A stretch of 64,000 nucleotides of DNA from Candidatus Omnitrophota bacterium (GTDB lineage Bacteria > Omnitrophota > Gorgyraeia > Gygaellales > Profunditerraquicolaceae), in the NCBI GenBank assembly GCA_030693145.1, contig JAUYBI010000049.1, positions 7,305 through 71,304 on the forward strand, given 5' to 3'. The translations under genes and the position numbers were made by a program. This document shows positions 28,751 to 38,505 of this stretch, one piece after another. The notes under the pieces were generated by a model. That model was not told where the DNA came from. It made no database searches and saw nothing but the letters and a program-made list of their open reading frames with translations. The stretch's first letter is position 1. Every line of letters begins with the position of its first letter.

Positions 28751-29215
28751 ATGCTCATTCTTGTAAAAAGTTATCTGTGTCTATTTAATAAAAATTGGTT
28801 TTTGGATGAATTGGTAAACGTTGATTTTAAGAGAGAATTACTTTCGAATTCTGGATTGCGAGAAGCTAATGAACAACATAAGAATGAAGCTAAAGATCGT
28901 CTGCGTCGCGATACAATAGAACGAAGAAAACTGCTTTATCAGAAAATGATACTTTCATTAGGCTGGATTTTGTTGGCAGCAGTCTCGGGATTGTTAATAT
29001 CGGTGTTCGGCTTCCATAGACAAATTTTTTATGAGAATAAATATGTCGGATTGTTATCTATATTTTGTTTTTCTTGGGCAACGCTTGCTCGCTTAGGATG
29101 GCAAGGGCAAACGTGTGCAGGAGATACTATTTTTGAGAAACTTGATGAAAATATTTTCTGGGTTTTGTATTTTTTTGGCACCCTATTTGGTGCTTTTTCA
29201 ATAATTGCGTCTTGA
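28751..29215 (+). CDS. Hypothetical 3-TM membrane protein inserted between hsdM and hsdS
   Basis: Three hydrophobic segments; abuts hsdM stop. Confidence 0.7.
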   Translation: MLILVKSYLCLFNKNWFLDELVNVDFKRELLSNSGLREANEQHKNEAKDRLRRDTIERRKLLYQKMILSLGWILLAAVSGLLISVFGFHRQIFYENKYVGLLSIFCFSWATLARLGWQGQTCAGDTIFEKLDENIFWVLYFFGTLFGAFSIIAS

Positions 29216-29219
29216 TTAT

Positions 29220-30530
29220 ATGAAATATTATCCGGCATATAAAGATTCTAAAATTGAGTGGTTTCCTTCGATTCCTAAGCATTGGCAGCTTATTAAGCTA
29301 GGAAGAATAGGCCGTTTTTCTGCCAGCGGTATTGATAAGAAAAGCGATGCAAGCGAACTTCCCGTTAGGATGGTAAATTATACAAATGTTTATGGTAATT
29401 CTAGTTTAGAGATTAAGTTTTCGGAAAATTTAATGGAAACGACAACAACGTTAGAAAAAGTTAGGGAGCATAGTTTAAAAAAAGGAGACATGGTGTTTAC
29501 TCCAAGTTCTGAAACAGCCGAAGATATTGGTTTATCGGCTGTGGTTACAGCAGAGCTTCGTAATACTGTTTATAGCTATCATTTGATTCGTCTAAGGACT
29601 GGTGAGCGTTATAATCTGAATTTAGGGTTTAAGAAATATTTTTGCAATGTTCATGAAGTTTTGAGTCAATTTAGCAAAGCGTGTAAGGGAACGACGCGGC
29701 AAATCTTAGGTCGAGATGATTTTAAAGATATATTAATTCTGCTCCCACCAGTAAGCGAACAGAAAATAATTGCTGAGTATCTTAATCGCAAGGCCGCGCA
29801 GGTTGATGACTTGATTGCCAAAAAAGAGCGGATGATTGATCTTATCAAGGAGGAGCGGGCGGCGATCACCAATCGAGCAGTAACTAAAGGGCTTGATCCC
29901 AATGTCGAGATGAAAGATTCTGGCATTGAGTGGTTAGGCAAAATGCCGAAGCATTGGCAGATGAAAAGATTGAAATATTTAGTGTCCTTAGTTAATCAGC
30001 CGATTGAAGAGGTTAATGGAGCGGAACTGCGTATTGACTTAGAAAATCTTGAAAGCTGGACTGGAAAAACAATTGAGCTTGAGAGCCAAGATCAAAACAA
30101 CGAAGGAATGAAAAGTTTTGCTCCAGGGGACGTGTTGTTCAATAAATTGCGGCCATATCTTGCCAAAGTATATCGAGCAAAAAATTGTGGTGTTTGCGGC
30201 GGGGAACTCTTGGTTCTGCGTCCGACCACATTGATCGATCCGGATTTTCTTTTCTGTAGAGTCCTTTCAAGTGCTTTTATAAATGTGGTTGATGGTTCGA
30301 CCTACGGATCTAAAATGCCGAGGGCAAGTTGGGATTTTATTGGGAATCTCATTGTTCCATTTCCGAGCAAACCCGAACAAATTAAGATCGCAGAATACCT
30401 GCATCAGACCTTACAGAGAATGGATATAATTTTACAGAAATTGGGTTCGGAAATTGAATATTTAAGAGAATACCGCACCGCTTTGATTTCAGAAGTGGTA
30501 ACGGGAAAGATTGATGTGAGGGGGTTTTAG
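29220..30530 (+). CDS. hsdS: Type I R-M specificity subunit HsdS
   Basis: Two TRDs, KDSGIEWLG..P.HW, PP..EQ..I, LISEVVTGKIDV. Confidence 0.95.
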   Translation: MKYYPAYKDSKIEWFPSIPKHWQLIKLGRIGRFSASGIDKKSDASELPVRMVNYTNVYGNSSLEIKFSENLMETTTTLEKVREHSLKKGDMVFTPSSETAEDIGLSAVVTAELRNTVYSYHLIRLRTGERYNLNLGFKKYFCNVHEVLSQFSKACKGTTRQILGRDDFKDILILLPPVSEQKIIAEYLNRKAAQVDDLIAKKERMIDLIKEERAAITNRAVTKGLDPNVEMKDSGIEWLGKMPKHWQMKRLKYLVSLVNQPIEEVNGAELRIDLENLESWTGKTIELESQDQNNEGMKSFAPGDVLFNKLRPYLAKVYRAKNCGVCGGELLVLRPTTLIDPDFLFCRVLSSAFINVVDGSTYGSKMPRASWDFIGNLIVPFPSKPEQIKIAEYLHQTLQRMDIILQKLGSEIEYLREYRTALISEVVTGKIDVRGF

Positions 30531-30532
30531 TC

Positions 30533-31507
30533 ATGAAAGATATAGTTAAGTCATTAAGAAATTCAGTATTTACAACATTTTTTTACATCTTGCTTGATTA
30601 TTATAAGAAACAACGTTCATGGTTTGATTATCTAATCATTTTTTTGATATTGAGTACAACTCTATTATTAGTTTCTTTAACTTGGAACGTAATTAAACAA
30701 TGGTATCTAGACTGGAGAAGAAAACACTTTCCTCGCGTGGGAATACTTAATGGGTCTATTAAATCTCGAACTGTCGAGCATCCATGCAGAAGACAGTGGA
30801 GTGAGATGACGCCGAGCATGTGGTTTGAACAATTAAAAAGGGATTTCAAGAAGCCCTTACTTAGCGAATTGATTCTAATACCAACGTCAGAAATTGACAA
30901 TTCTTGGAGTATAGTTATTAATCCGTTCGGAGAAAACTATCCCGAAGAAAATCCGCGTTTACTAAAAACTTTTAAAGAGATCTGTGAGTATATTAATAAA
31001 GGAGGAATATTTGTAGTAACTGGTAGCGCATTCTTTTATAATCAAAATACCTTTGCTACACCCCAGTCCGAGAGAGTAATAACGCATGTTATTGAAGGTG
31101 TGCAGTATCTTGAATATTCTGTTCTCACTCAAGAGTTTGGAGTTAAATATACAGGTAATATACATGATATTCAGAATAAAAAGGTGCTTTTTGAAGAACC
31201 GGTTGAGATAAATGTTACTCAAACGAGCGACATGGTTAAGATGTGGGGAGATTTATTGCAAGGGATTAACCATTTGAAGAGATTTAGGGCAGCTACTAGC
31301 GAAACTATCGATTATCTTCCTGTTATTATACAGGAAGGTGAGGATCAGTGGAATAAAGGCAAAAAAATATTTCCCATAGCTTTAATTCGATATGGCAAGG
31401 GGGCTTTGATACATGCAGGGTTGCACATACATTCATATAGTTGTGATGAATTTTTAGTTTTGAAGCGTTTAATCTTGAAATTGGCGAAGAATAAGTTTAC
31501 ATTCTGA
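30533..31507 (+). CDS. Hypothetical membrane-anchored protein inserted between hsdS and hsdR
   Basis: N-terminal TM helix followed by alpha/beta domain (VGILNG, NPFGE.YP, YI.KGG, YGKG). Confidence 0.75.
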   Translation: MKDIVKSLRNSVFTTFFYILLDYYKKQRSWFDYLIIFLILSTTLLLVSLTWNVIKQWYLDWRRKHFPRVGILNGSIKSRTVEHPCRRQWSEMTPSMWFEQLKRDFKKPLLSELILIPTSEIDNSWSIVINPFGENYPEENPRLLKTFKEICEYINKGGIFVVTGSAFFYNQNTFATPQSERVITHVIEGVQYLEYSVLTQEFGVKYTGNIHDIQNKKVLFEEPVEINVTQTSDMVKMWGDLLQGINHLKRFRAATSETIDYLPVIIQEGEDQWNKGKKIFPIALIRYGKGALIHAGLHIHSYSCDEFLVLKRLILKLAKNKFTF

Positions 31508-31530
31508 TAATATAAATTAGGAGTTGCAAG

Positions 31531-34500
31531 GTGGGTATAACTAACGAAAAAGCTTTTGAAGACGCTATCGAACAAAGTTTGATGGATCCTGGCGGATATG
31601 TAAAAGGCGATCCGAATAATTTTAATCGGGATCTGGCGATTGATCAAATGGTTTTGTTTCAGTTTATCAAGGATACCCAGAAGAATGTTTGGGATAGCTT
31701 GGTGGCTATCCATGGCGCAGAGGTCGAGAAAAAGTTTTTATATCGCCTTAATCAAGAGCTGGATGCGCGCGGGATGCTTGATTGTTTGCGCCACGGATTC
31801 ACTGATTATGGCAAGAAATTCACACTCGCCTATTTTAAGCCAGTCAGCAAATTAAACCCGGAAACCCAAAAGTTATTCGATAGAAATATCCTCACCGTTA
31901 CCCGGCAGGTTCATTACAGCATCAAGGATGAAAGCTCGATTGATATGCTTTTGTCTGTCAACGGCCTTCCTGTGGCTACTATTGAATTAAAAAATCCATT
32001 TACCGGTCAGGATGTGGATGACGCCAAACGGCAATATAAATATGACCGCGACGAACGTGAGCTTTTATTTCAGTTTAAGAAGCGTGCCTTTGTCCATTTT
32101 GCTGTAGATACAGACGTCATTTACATGACCACGCGCCTTCAGGGGAGCAAGACAAAGTATCTGCCTTTCAATAAGGGCTATAACAAAGGTGCCGGGAATC
32201 CCCCGAATTCAAGCGGCCATAAGACATCGTATTTATGGGAAGCGGTCTTGGTAAAAGACAGCTGGATGGATATCTTAGGAAGATTTTTGCTTTTAGAAGT
32301 TGAGGAAAAGACGTTTGATGGTAGAAAGTTCAAGATTGAGACAATGATATTTCCACGTTATCACCAACTTGATAGCGTCCGGAAGCTTTCTTCCGATGCT
32401 CTCGCAAATGGAGCAGGAAAGAATTATTTAATTCAACATAGCGCTGGGAGTGGCAAGAGCAATTCTATCGCATGGCTTGCATATCATTTGGCTAGTCTTC
32501 ATGACAAAAACGATAAGAGGTTATTTGATTCGGTGATTGTGATCACCGATCGTATCGTTCTTGATAAACAATTACAAGATACGATTTATCAATTTGAACA
32601 TAAGTCTGGAGTGGTTGAAAAAATTGACAAAGATTCCGCCCAGCTGGCTCAGGCACTCACCAGTGGAACAAATATTATTATCACTACACTTCAAAAGTTT
32701 CCTTTTGTTTTGGATAAGGTTGGGGCACTGCCTAAGCGAAATTACGCGGTTATCGTAGATGAGGCGCATAGTTCGCAGGGTGGCGAATCCGCTAAAAAGA
32801 TGAAAGACGTTCTTTCGGCGGTTGATAAAATCGAGATCGTATCCGAGAAAATCGATGAGGATGACGATATAGAAGATGAAATCCGTGAATCTATGCTTAA
32901 ACGTGGCCCCCGGACGAATTTAAGTTTCTTTGGTTTTACGGCAACCCCAAAAGCAAAAACGCTGGAGTTTTTCGGGCAAAAGGGCATAGATGGAAAACCA
33001 CAACCATTTCATCTTTATTCTATGAGGCAGGCGATCGAAGAAAGATTTATTTTTGATGTTCTTGAAAACTACACCAGCTATCAAACTTTTTTCCAGTTAT
33101 CCAAGAAGATTGAAGACGATCCGAATATGAATAAGAAAAAGGCCGCTTGTGCGATCGCGCGTTTTTTAACACTACACCCCTATAACTTGGCACAGAAAAC
33201 CGAAGTCATGATTGAGCACTTCCGGCAGATCACTTTGAAAAAGATTGGCGGTAAGGCCAAGGCGATGGTCGTGACCGCTTCTCGCGAACACGTGGTGCGA
33301 TATAAACATGAGTTTGATCGGTATTTGAAAGAGAAAGGCTATAAAGATATCAAAGCTCTTGTGGCCTTTTCGGGTACAGTGCTTTTGGATGGTATTCCTC
33401 CGGAATATACCGAACCGGGAATGAATGGTTTTGGCGAAAAAGAACTGCCCCAAAAGTTTGCTACATCCGAATATCAGATTTTGCTTGTTGCGGAAAAGTA
33501 TCAGACCGGCTACGACGAGCCACTTTTACATACCATGTATGTGGACAAGCGGCTTGACGGCGTCAAGGCTGTGCAGACCATGAGCCGGTTAAATAGAACG
33601 TGTCCGGGGAAGGAAGATACTTTCATTTTGGACTTCGTTAATAAGCGCGAAGATATATTAGCGGCGTTTCAGCCGTATTACGAGCAGACACAGTTAAGCG
33701 ATGTTACGGATCCAAATAAGCTTTATGATCTCAAGACCAAACTGGATTCGTTTAAGGTGGTTTATCAATCAGATATCGATGCATTCTGTGCCGTATTTTT
33801 CAGGAATAAAGAATTACAGACGAAGCGCGAGCATGCTCAATTGAATTCAATAGTGGATGTGGCGGTTGAGCGGTTCAAGGCAATTGAAAAAGATGAGCAT
33901 AAAGAAGATTTTGCCAATACGCTGGGTGTTTTTGTTCGCTTGTACGCGTTTTTGGCGCAGATTATGCCATTTCAAGATATTGAACTTGAGAAATTCTATG
34001 CTTATTCCCGACTATTGTTGAAAAAACTTCCGGGGCCTGATGGTGGAGAAAGATATCATTTTGGTGATGAAGTCGCTCTTGAGTATTACCGCTTGCAAAA
34101 AATAGTTGATGGTAAGATTCAATTGCAAAAGGATTCAGGTGCGGCCATTGATCCTATTTCAGAAGCTGGGACGAAGAAGGATAAAGAAGAATACGCTTAC
34201 TTGTCAGAGATAATAAAGTTTTTAAATGACCGGTTTGGAACTGATTTTACCGAAGCTGACAAGCTATTTTTTGATCAGATAGAAGAAGAGATGGTTATGG
34301 ATGAGAAGTTGGGTGTTCAGGCTAAGGCTAACACAATTGATAATTTTAAATATGGATTTGATGACGTTTTTATTGCAAAACTCGTTGAGCGAATGGACCA
34401 GAATCAGGATATTTTTAACAAAATTATGGATGATAAAGTTTTTGCGGCAGTGGTGAAGGATTATTTATTAAAGAAGGTTTATGATCGTTTAAATAAAGAT

Positions 34501-35016
34501 AATAGTGGTTCGGCGGAAGGCATTTTATTTTTTAAGGATGTGATTACGAATGGAGATATTGATGATAATCGTAAATACATAAATTTTCTGCCGGTGTATT
34601 CCTTGCAGGCAGTAGCGACGTCTTTTAAAGAACAATCAACTCCTGAAGTTATTGGTTGGAAACCGATTAGCGGTCGGAAGATCAGCAAAGAAATGTTTAT
34701 TGCACAGGTAATAGGTAAATCTATGGAGCCGACTATTTCGGACGGGAGCTGGTGTTTATTTCGGTTTGAACGCGGAGGATCTCGTAATGGATTAGTGGTG
34801 CTTGTTGAGTCGCGTTTGGTTGCTGATCCTGAAACCAATCAAAAATTTACAATTAAACGTTACAAGAGTGAAAAGGAAGATCTTGGTAACGGTCAGTGGA
34901 GGCACAAAAAAATTATTTTATCCCCTGACAATAAAGATTTTAAGGATATTGTTCTTGAAAATATATCTGGGGAAGATTTTCGAGTTGTGGCAGAGTTTAT
35001 AGAAGCTTTTAAATAA
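31531..35016 (+). CDS. hsdR: Type I R-M HsdR with C-terminal S24 peptidase-like domain
   Basis: IELK nuclease motif, QHSAGSGKS, DEAH, FTATPK, QTMSRLNR; C-terminal GKSMEP...TIKRY. Confidence 0.93.
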   Translation: MGITNEKAFEDAIEQSLMDPGGYVKGDPNNFNRDLAIDQMVLFQFIKDTQKNVWDSLVAIHGAEVEKKFLYRLNQELDARGMLDCLRHGFTDYGKKFTLAYFKPVSKLNPETQKLFDRNILTVTRQVHYSIKDESSIDMLLSVNGLPVATIELKNPFTGQDVDDAKRQYKYDRDERELLFQFKKRAFVHFAVDTDVIYMTTRLQGSKTKYLPFNKGYNKGAGNPPNSSGHKTSYLWEAVLVKDSWMDILGRFLLLEVEEKTFDGRKFKIETMIFPRYHQLDSVRKLSSDALANGAGKNYLIQHSAGSGKSNSIAWLAYHLASLHDKNDKRLFDSVIVITDRIVLDKQLQDTIYQFEHKSGVVEKIDKDSAQLAQALTSGTNIIITTLQKFPFVLDKVGALPKRNYAVIVDEAHSSQGGESAKKMKDVLSAVDKIEIVSEKIDEDDDIEDEIRESMLKRGPRTNLSFFGFTATPKAKTLEFFGQKGIDGKPQPFHLYSMRQAIEERFIFDVLENYTSYQTFFQLSKKIEDDPNMNKKKAACAIARFLTLHPYNLAQKTEVMIEHFRQITLKKIGGKAKAMVVTASREHVVRYKHEFDRYLKEKGYKDIKALVAFSGTVLLDGIPPEYTEPGMNGFGEKELPQKFATSEYQILLVAEKYQTGYDEPLLHTMYVDKRLDGVKAVQTMSRLNRTCPGKEDTFILDFVNKREDILAAFQPYYEQTQLSDVTDPNKLYDLKTKLDSFKVVYQSDIDAFCAVFFRNKELQTKREHAQLNSIVDVAVERFKAIEKDEHKEDFANTLGVFVRLYAFLAQIMPFQDIELEKFYAYSRLLLKKLPGPDGGERYHFGDEVALEYYRLQKIVDGKIQLQKDSGAAIDPISEAGTKKDKEEYAYLSEIIKFLNDRFGTDFTEADKLFFDQIEEEMVMDEKLGVQAKANTIDNFKYGFDDVFIAKLVERMDQNQDIFNKIMDDKVFAAVVKDYLLKKVYDRLNKDNSGSAEGILFFKDVITNGDIDDNRKYINFLPVYSLQAVATSFKEQSTPEVIGWKPISGRKISKEMFIAQVIGKSMEPTISDGSWCLFRFERGGSRNGLVVLVESRLVADPETNQKFTIKRYKSEKEDLGNGQWRHKKIILSPDNKDFKDIVLENISGEDFRVVAEFIEAFK

Positions 35017-35115
35017 TAATGAATAATCGTTTCTAATTTTTTTAAAAAACAGTGAAGTAAAGGGAAAACAATTTCTAGTTTCTACAGGTGTGCGAAGGAT
35101 TAAACAGGAGGAGAA

Positions 35116-36273
35116 ATGGCAGATATAAAAAGAGAGTATGAAGGAGATCATGAAGTAGAAGAAGAATATTTGGTTCTTGAATATGATATTACAGCTTCGC
35201 CAAATGATTTTAATATAAAAACCATATTTGATTTTATAGAATCTGGAGCTGTTATCATACCGGAATTTCAAAGGAATTATGTATGGGATATTAGGCGAGG
35301 ATCAAAATTTATCGAATCCCTTATTATGAACTTGCCTGTACCGCAAATTTTTCTCTATGAATCAGGGAGAAATAAATTCAAAGTTATTGATGGACAGCAA
35401 AGATTAATGACAATTTATTATTTTATGAAAAAGAGGTTCCCTTGGAAAGAAAAAAGAATGGAGCTGCGGCGTATCTTTGATAAAGCAGGGAAAATTCCTC
35501 CTGAGGTGTTAGCTGATGATAAATTCTTTTCAGATTTTAACCTCAAATTAGAAAGTAGCGTTGAGGGAGTGACTAGTAGATTAAATGGTTTGAACTATGA
35601 TACGCTCAAGGATTACAAAACCTCTTTTGACCTACGTACTATTAGGAATATTATTGTTAAACAAACTAAGCCAGAAGATGATGATTCTTCTATGTATGAA
35701 ATATTTACAAGATTAAACTCTGGTGGGATTAATTTAACTCCTCAAGAAATTCGTGCGTGTATGTTTCATTCTGATTTCTATGATACATTACATAAAGTTA
35801 ATTTAGATGAGCGTTGGAGAAAAATAATTGGCTCGAAAGATCCAGATCTTCATTTAAAGGATGTAGAGATCCTATTAAGGAGTTATGCTGCGTTAATAAA
35901 AGGAGAAAACTATGCTCCTCCCATGACAAAGTTTCTTAATACATTTTCAAAAGAACGTGAAAAGGAAACTCGTAAAAGCTTAGATTATTACGAAAAATTA
36001 TTTTATTCATTTTTGGATTATTGTTCAGAACTTCGAGAAAAATCTTTCTTTGGTAAAACTGGAAAGTTTAATATTTCTCTTTTTGAAGCTGTTTTCTATG
36101 CAATTTGCGAAAAATCTTATAAAAAGCATTCTTTAGTTGAGGGGAAGATCGAGGCAATAAAATTAAATAGATTAAAAAGAGACAAACAGTTTACGGGTGC
36201 TTCTCAAATGCGTTTATCAAGTAAACAAAATGTCGCTATTCGCCTTGATCGCGCAAGGAAGATTATATTATAA
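35116..36273 (+). CDS. DUF262 (ParB-like/GmrS) domain protein
   Basis: PEFQRNYVW, VIDGQQRL, IFTRLNSGG..L..QEIR. Confidence 0.92.
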   Translation: MADIKREYEGDHEVEEEYLVLEYDITASPNDFNIKTIFDFIESGAVIIPEFQRNYVWDIRRGSKFIESLIMNLPVPQIFLYESGRNKFKVIDGQQRLMTIYYFMKKRFPWKEKRMELRRIFDKAGKIPPEVLADDKFFSDFNLKLESSVEGVTSRLNGLNYDTLKDYKTSFDLRTIRNIIVKQTKPEDDDSSMYEIFTRLNSGGINLTPQEIRACMFHSDFYDTLHKVNLDERWRKIIGSKDPDLHLKDVEILLRSYAALIKGENYAPPMTKFLNTFSKEREKETRKSLDYYEKLFYSFLDYCSELREKSFFGKTGKFNISLFEAVFYAICEKSYKKHSLVEGKIEAIKLNRLKRDKQFTGASQMRLSSKQNVAIRLDRARKIIL

Positions 36274-36282
36274 AATTTTCAT

Positions 36283-36798
36283 ATGGACAATTCCCCAATT
36301 GATAAGTTATATTTTGAAACTAAGTCGATATTGGATTTTCTTGAAAGAAATAATGAATTATCATTTAAAAGTGATATTGATAATATGTTTAAAAGATATT
36401 TATTATTGGTTTCAGGAGGTTATTTTGAAGAATGCATAACGAATATTTTACTGAATCTTGTATCTAAAAACGTAGATAACAAACTTATCATTGAATTTTT
36501 AAAGAATAAAGGTATTAAAAGACAATACCATACTTATTTTGATTGGGAATCTATTAATGCAAATCAATTCTTTAGTTTGTTTGGGGAAGAATTCAAGGAA
36601 AAGATGAGTCAAGAAGTTAATAATAAAGAAACATTGAAGGTTTCGATAAAAGATTTTATACAAATAGGGCATGCTAGGAATTTACTTGCTCATAAAAATG
36701 CTACTTTAGTTAATCTAGATAAGACTTCGGAAGAAACATATGCTCAATACAAGAGTGCAGAGGAGTTTATTAGTTTTCTTCAAGAGCAACTTTTATAA
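36283..36798 (+). CDS. HEPN domain protein (RiboL-PSP/MAE_28990-like)
   Basis: N-terminal YFE helix and RNLLAH (Rx4H) motif. Confidence 0.85.
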   Translation: MDNSPIDKLYFETKSILDFLERNNELSFKSDIDNMFKRYLLLVSGGYFEECITNILLNLVSKNVDNKLIIEFLKNKGIKRQYHTYFDWESINANQFFSLFGEEFKEKMSQEVNNKETLKVSIKDFIQIGHARNLLAHKNATLVNLDKTSEETYAQYKSAEEFISFLQEQLL

Positions 36799-36823
36799 AT
36801 TTTAAATTTAACAAAAATAATGC

Positions 36824-36852
36824 TTGACAGATGTAATTACATATGGTAACAT
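36824..36852 (+). promoter_or_regulatory. Promoter with palindromic operator upstream of the XRE gene
   Basis: TTGACA-17-TAACAT with extended TG; ATGTAATTACAT in the spacer; second TGTAATTACA at 37100-37109. Confidence 0.7.
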
Positions 36853-36878
36853 GGGACTAAGCTAAGATAAGGGGAAAG

Positions 36879-37073
36879 ATGACGACGATTGATAGGCAAA
36901 AATTCGCGAGAGCAATTAAGAGGTATAGAGAAGAGAAGGATCTTACTCAGAAGGAATTAGCGGGTAAGTTGATGACTACAACTACAACAGTTGCGCGGTG
37001 GGAATTGGGGATGAGCGTGCCGAAACAAGACAGGGTGATTCAGGAGATAAAGGCATTAGGTATTAACTGGTAA
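36879..37073 (+). CDS. XRE/Cro-like HTH regulator
   Basis: LTQKELA......TVARWE.G...P. Confidence 0.9.
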   Translation: MTTIDRQKFARAIKRYREEKDLTQKELAGKLMTTTTTVARWELGMSVPKQDRVIQEIKALGINW

Positions 37074-37135
37074 ATTTTTTTGTCCTTTGAGATTACAAGT
37101 GTAATTACATACGATATAAGGAAAGGAGTGGCGAC

Positions 37136-37315
37136 ATGGATAGATTATTAACGCCGGAGGAAGTTTGTCAGAGGTATAGCATTAAAAAGAATACGTTTTA
37201 TCAGTGGACTTCAAAAAATTTAATACCATACCTCAAAAGAGGCGGCTTACGTTTTAAGGCGGATGAGCTTGAGAAATGGGAGAGCGGAGAGGTAAACAAT
37301 GTTAAATTAATATGA
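37136..37315 (+). CDS. Excisionase-like HTH_17 protein (59 aa)
   Basis: Not in ORF track; MDRLLTPEEVCQRYSIKKNTFYQW...IPYLKRGGLRF; SD AAGGAG; ATGA overlap with integrase. Confidence 0.88.
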   Translation: MDRLLTPEEVCQRYSIKKNTFYQWTSKNLIPYLKRGGLRFKADELEKWESGEVNNVKLI

Positions 37316-38505
37316 CCTATCGTTTAAGGCAATTTAACCTTAAGAGCGTTGTTAAGCGGGGTAAATTTTTTGAGATCCGCTATACTAACCCTCGTACCCA
37401 AAAAAGGGAATATTATAAGTTAGGCATAACACATGATGAAGTAAAAAGGAACCTGCCTGAATTTAATAGAATGTACGCCGGCCTTAAAAGGCAGGTTTTT
37501 TCTTATAGGATTACTGTCAGTCAAGGTGTGCAATCGTGGCTTGAGCAAAAAAGAACTGAATTAAGTAATAAGAAAACCGTGGTTCGGTATGAAGAAATTA
37601 TGAATAATTTCGCGGAATTTCTTAAAGATAAATTCCCGGCTTTAGGATATATGGATGAATTAGCGCAAAAACACTTTGAGGAGTTTAAAGAATACCGCAA
37701 AAATATTAAAGGGAAAAAGGAGAGGACGGTCAATTTTGAATTAGATATGTTAAGTAACTTATTCAAACGTTTGATGGAAAAAGATTATCTTAATTATAAT
37801 CCTTTATCGAAAGTTAAGAGATTGCAGGAACCATATAAAGAAGAGCGTTGGTTTACTGAAGAGGAGATTCGGAAAATTTTTGAAATAGCCAAAAGTGAGA
37901 AAACAAAGATAAATTGGTATGTTATATTCGCTACCTATTATTATACAGGTATGCGTAAAAGGGAATTGATGTCTCTCAGGAAGAAAGATATTGATTTTGA
38001 CAAAGGAATTATACTTATTCGGCACAAAGAGGGGTTTAAGCCGAAAACAGATAGGCCGAGGGCGATTCCTATTCATCCGGAGTTGGTGTCGATTTTGAGA
38101 TTGCTTCGGCCCTTCGGGCCTCGCAATGACACTGGGGACAGTGTTTGCAATGACGAGGGGAAAGTCGTGTCTTGTAATAACCAGGGAGACGGAGATTTTG
38201 TATTTGTTAATTCAAGGGGTAAGCCGTTTTCTAACGACGCGATAAGGCAGAAGTTAAAGAAGTTGTGCCGCAAGGCAGAGATAAAGCCCGGTAAGTTACA
38301 TAGCTTTAGGCATACTTGGACCGCTCATTCTATTATGAAAGGCTGTCCTTCAGATGTGGTTCAGGCGATCGGCGGCTGGAAAGAAAAAGATATGATTGAA
38401 AGATACAAGCACCTTGCGCCGGATTATATGGCTGATATTTATAAGAAAACAATTTTTTTAGGCAGCCAGGCTGAAGATAAAGGCTCTTTAAAGGCTCAAG
38501 ATTAA
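37312..38505 (+). CDS. Tyrosine recombinase/integrase
   Basis: YYTGMR, HSFRHT, GGW, ERY.H. Confidence 0.95.
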   Translation: MTYRLRQFNLKSVVKRGKFFEIRYTNPRTQKREYYKLGITHDEVKRNLPEFNRMYAGLKRQVFSYRITVSQGVQSWLEQKRTELSNKKTVVRYEEIMNNFAEFLKDKFPALGYMDELAQKHFEEFKEYRKNIKGKKERTVNFELDMLSNLFKRLMEKDYLNYNPLSKVKRLQEPYKEERWFTEEEIRKIFEIAKSEKTKINWYVIFATYYYTGMRKRELMSLRKKDIDFDKGIILIRHKEGFKPKTDRPRAIPIHPELVSILRLLRPFGPRNDTGDSVCNDEGKVVSCNNQGDGDFVFVNSRGKPFSNDAIRQKLKKLCRKAEIKPGKLHSFRHTWTAHSIMKGCPSDVVQAIGGWKEKDMIERYKHLAPDYMADIYKKTIFLGSQAEDKGSLKAQD

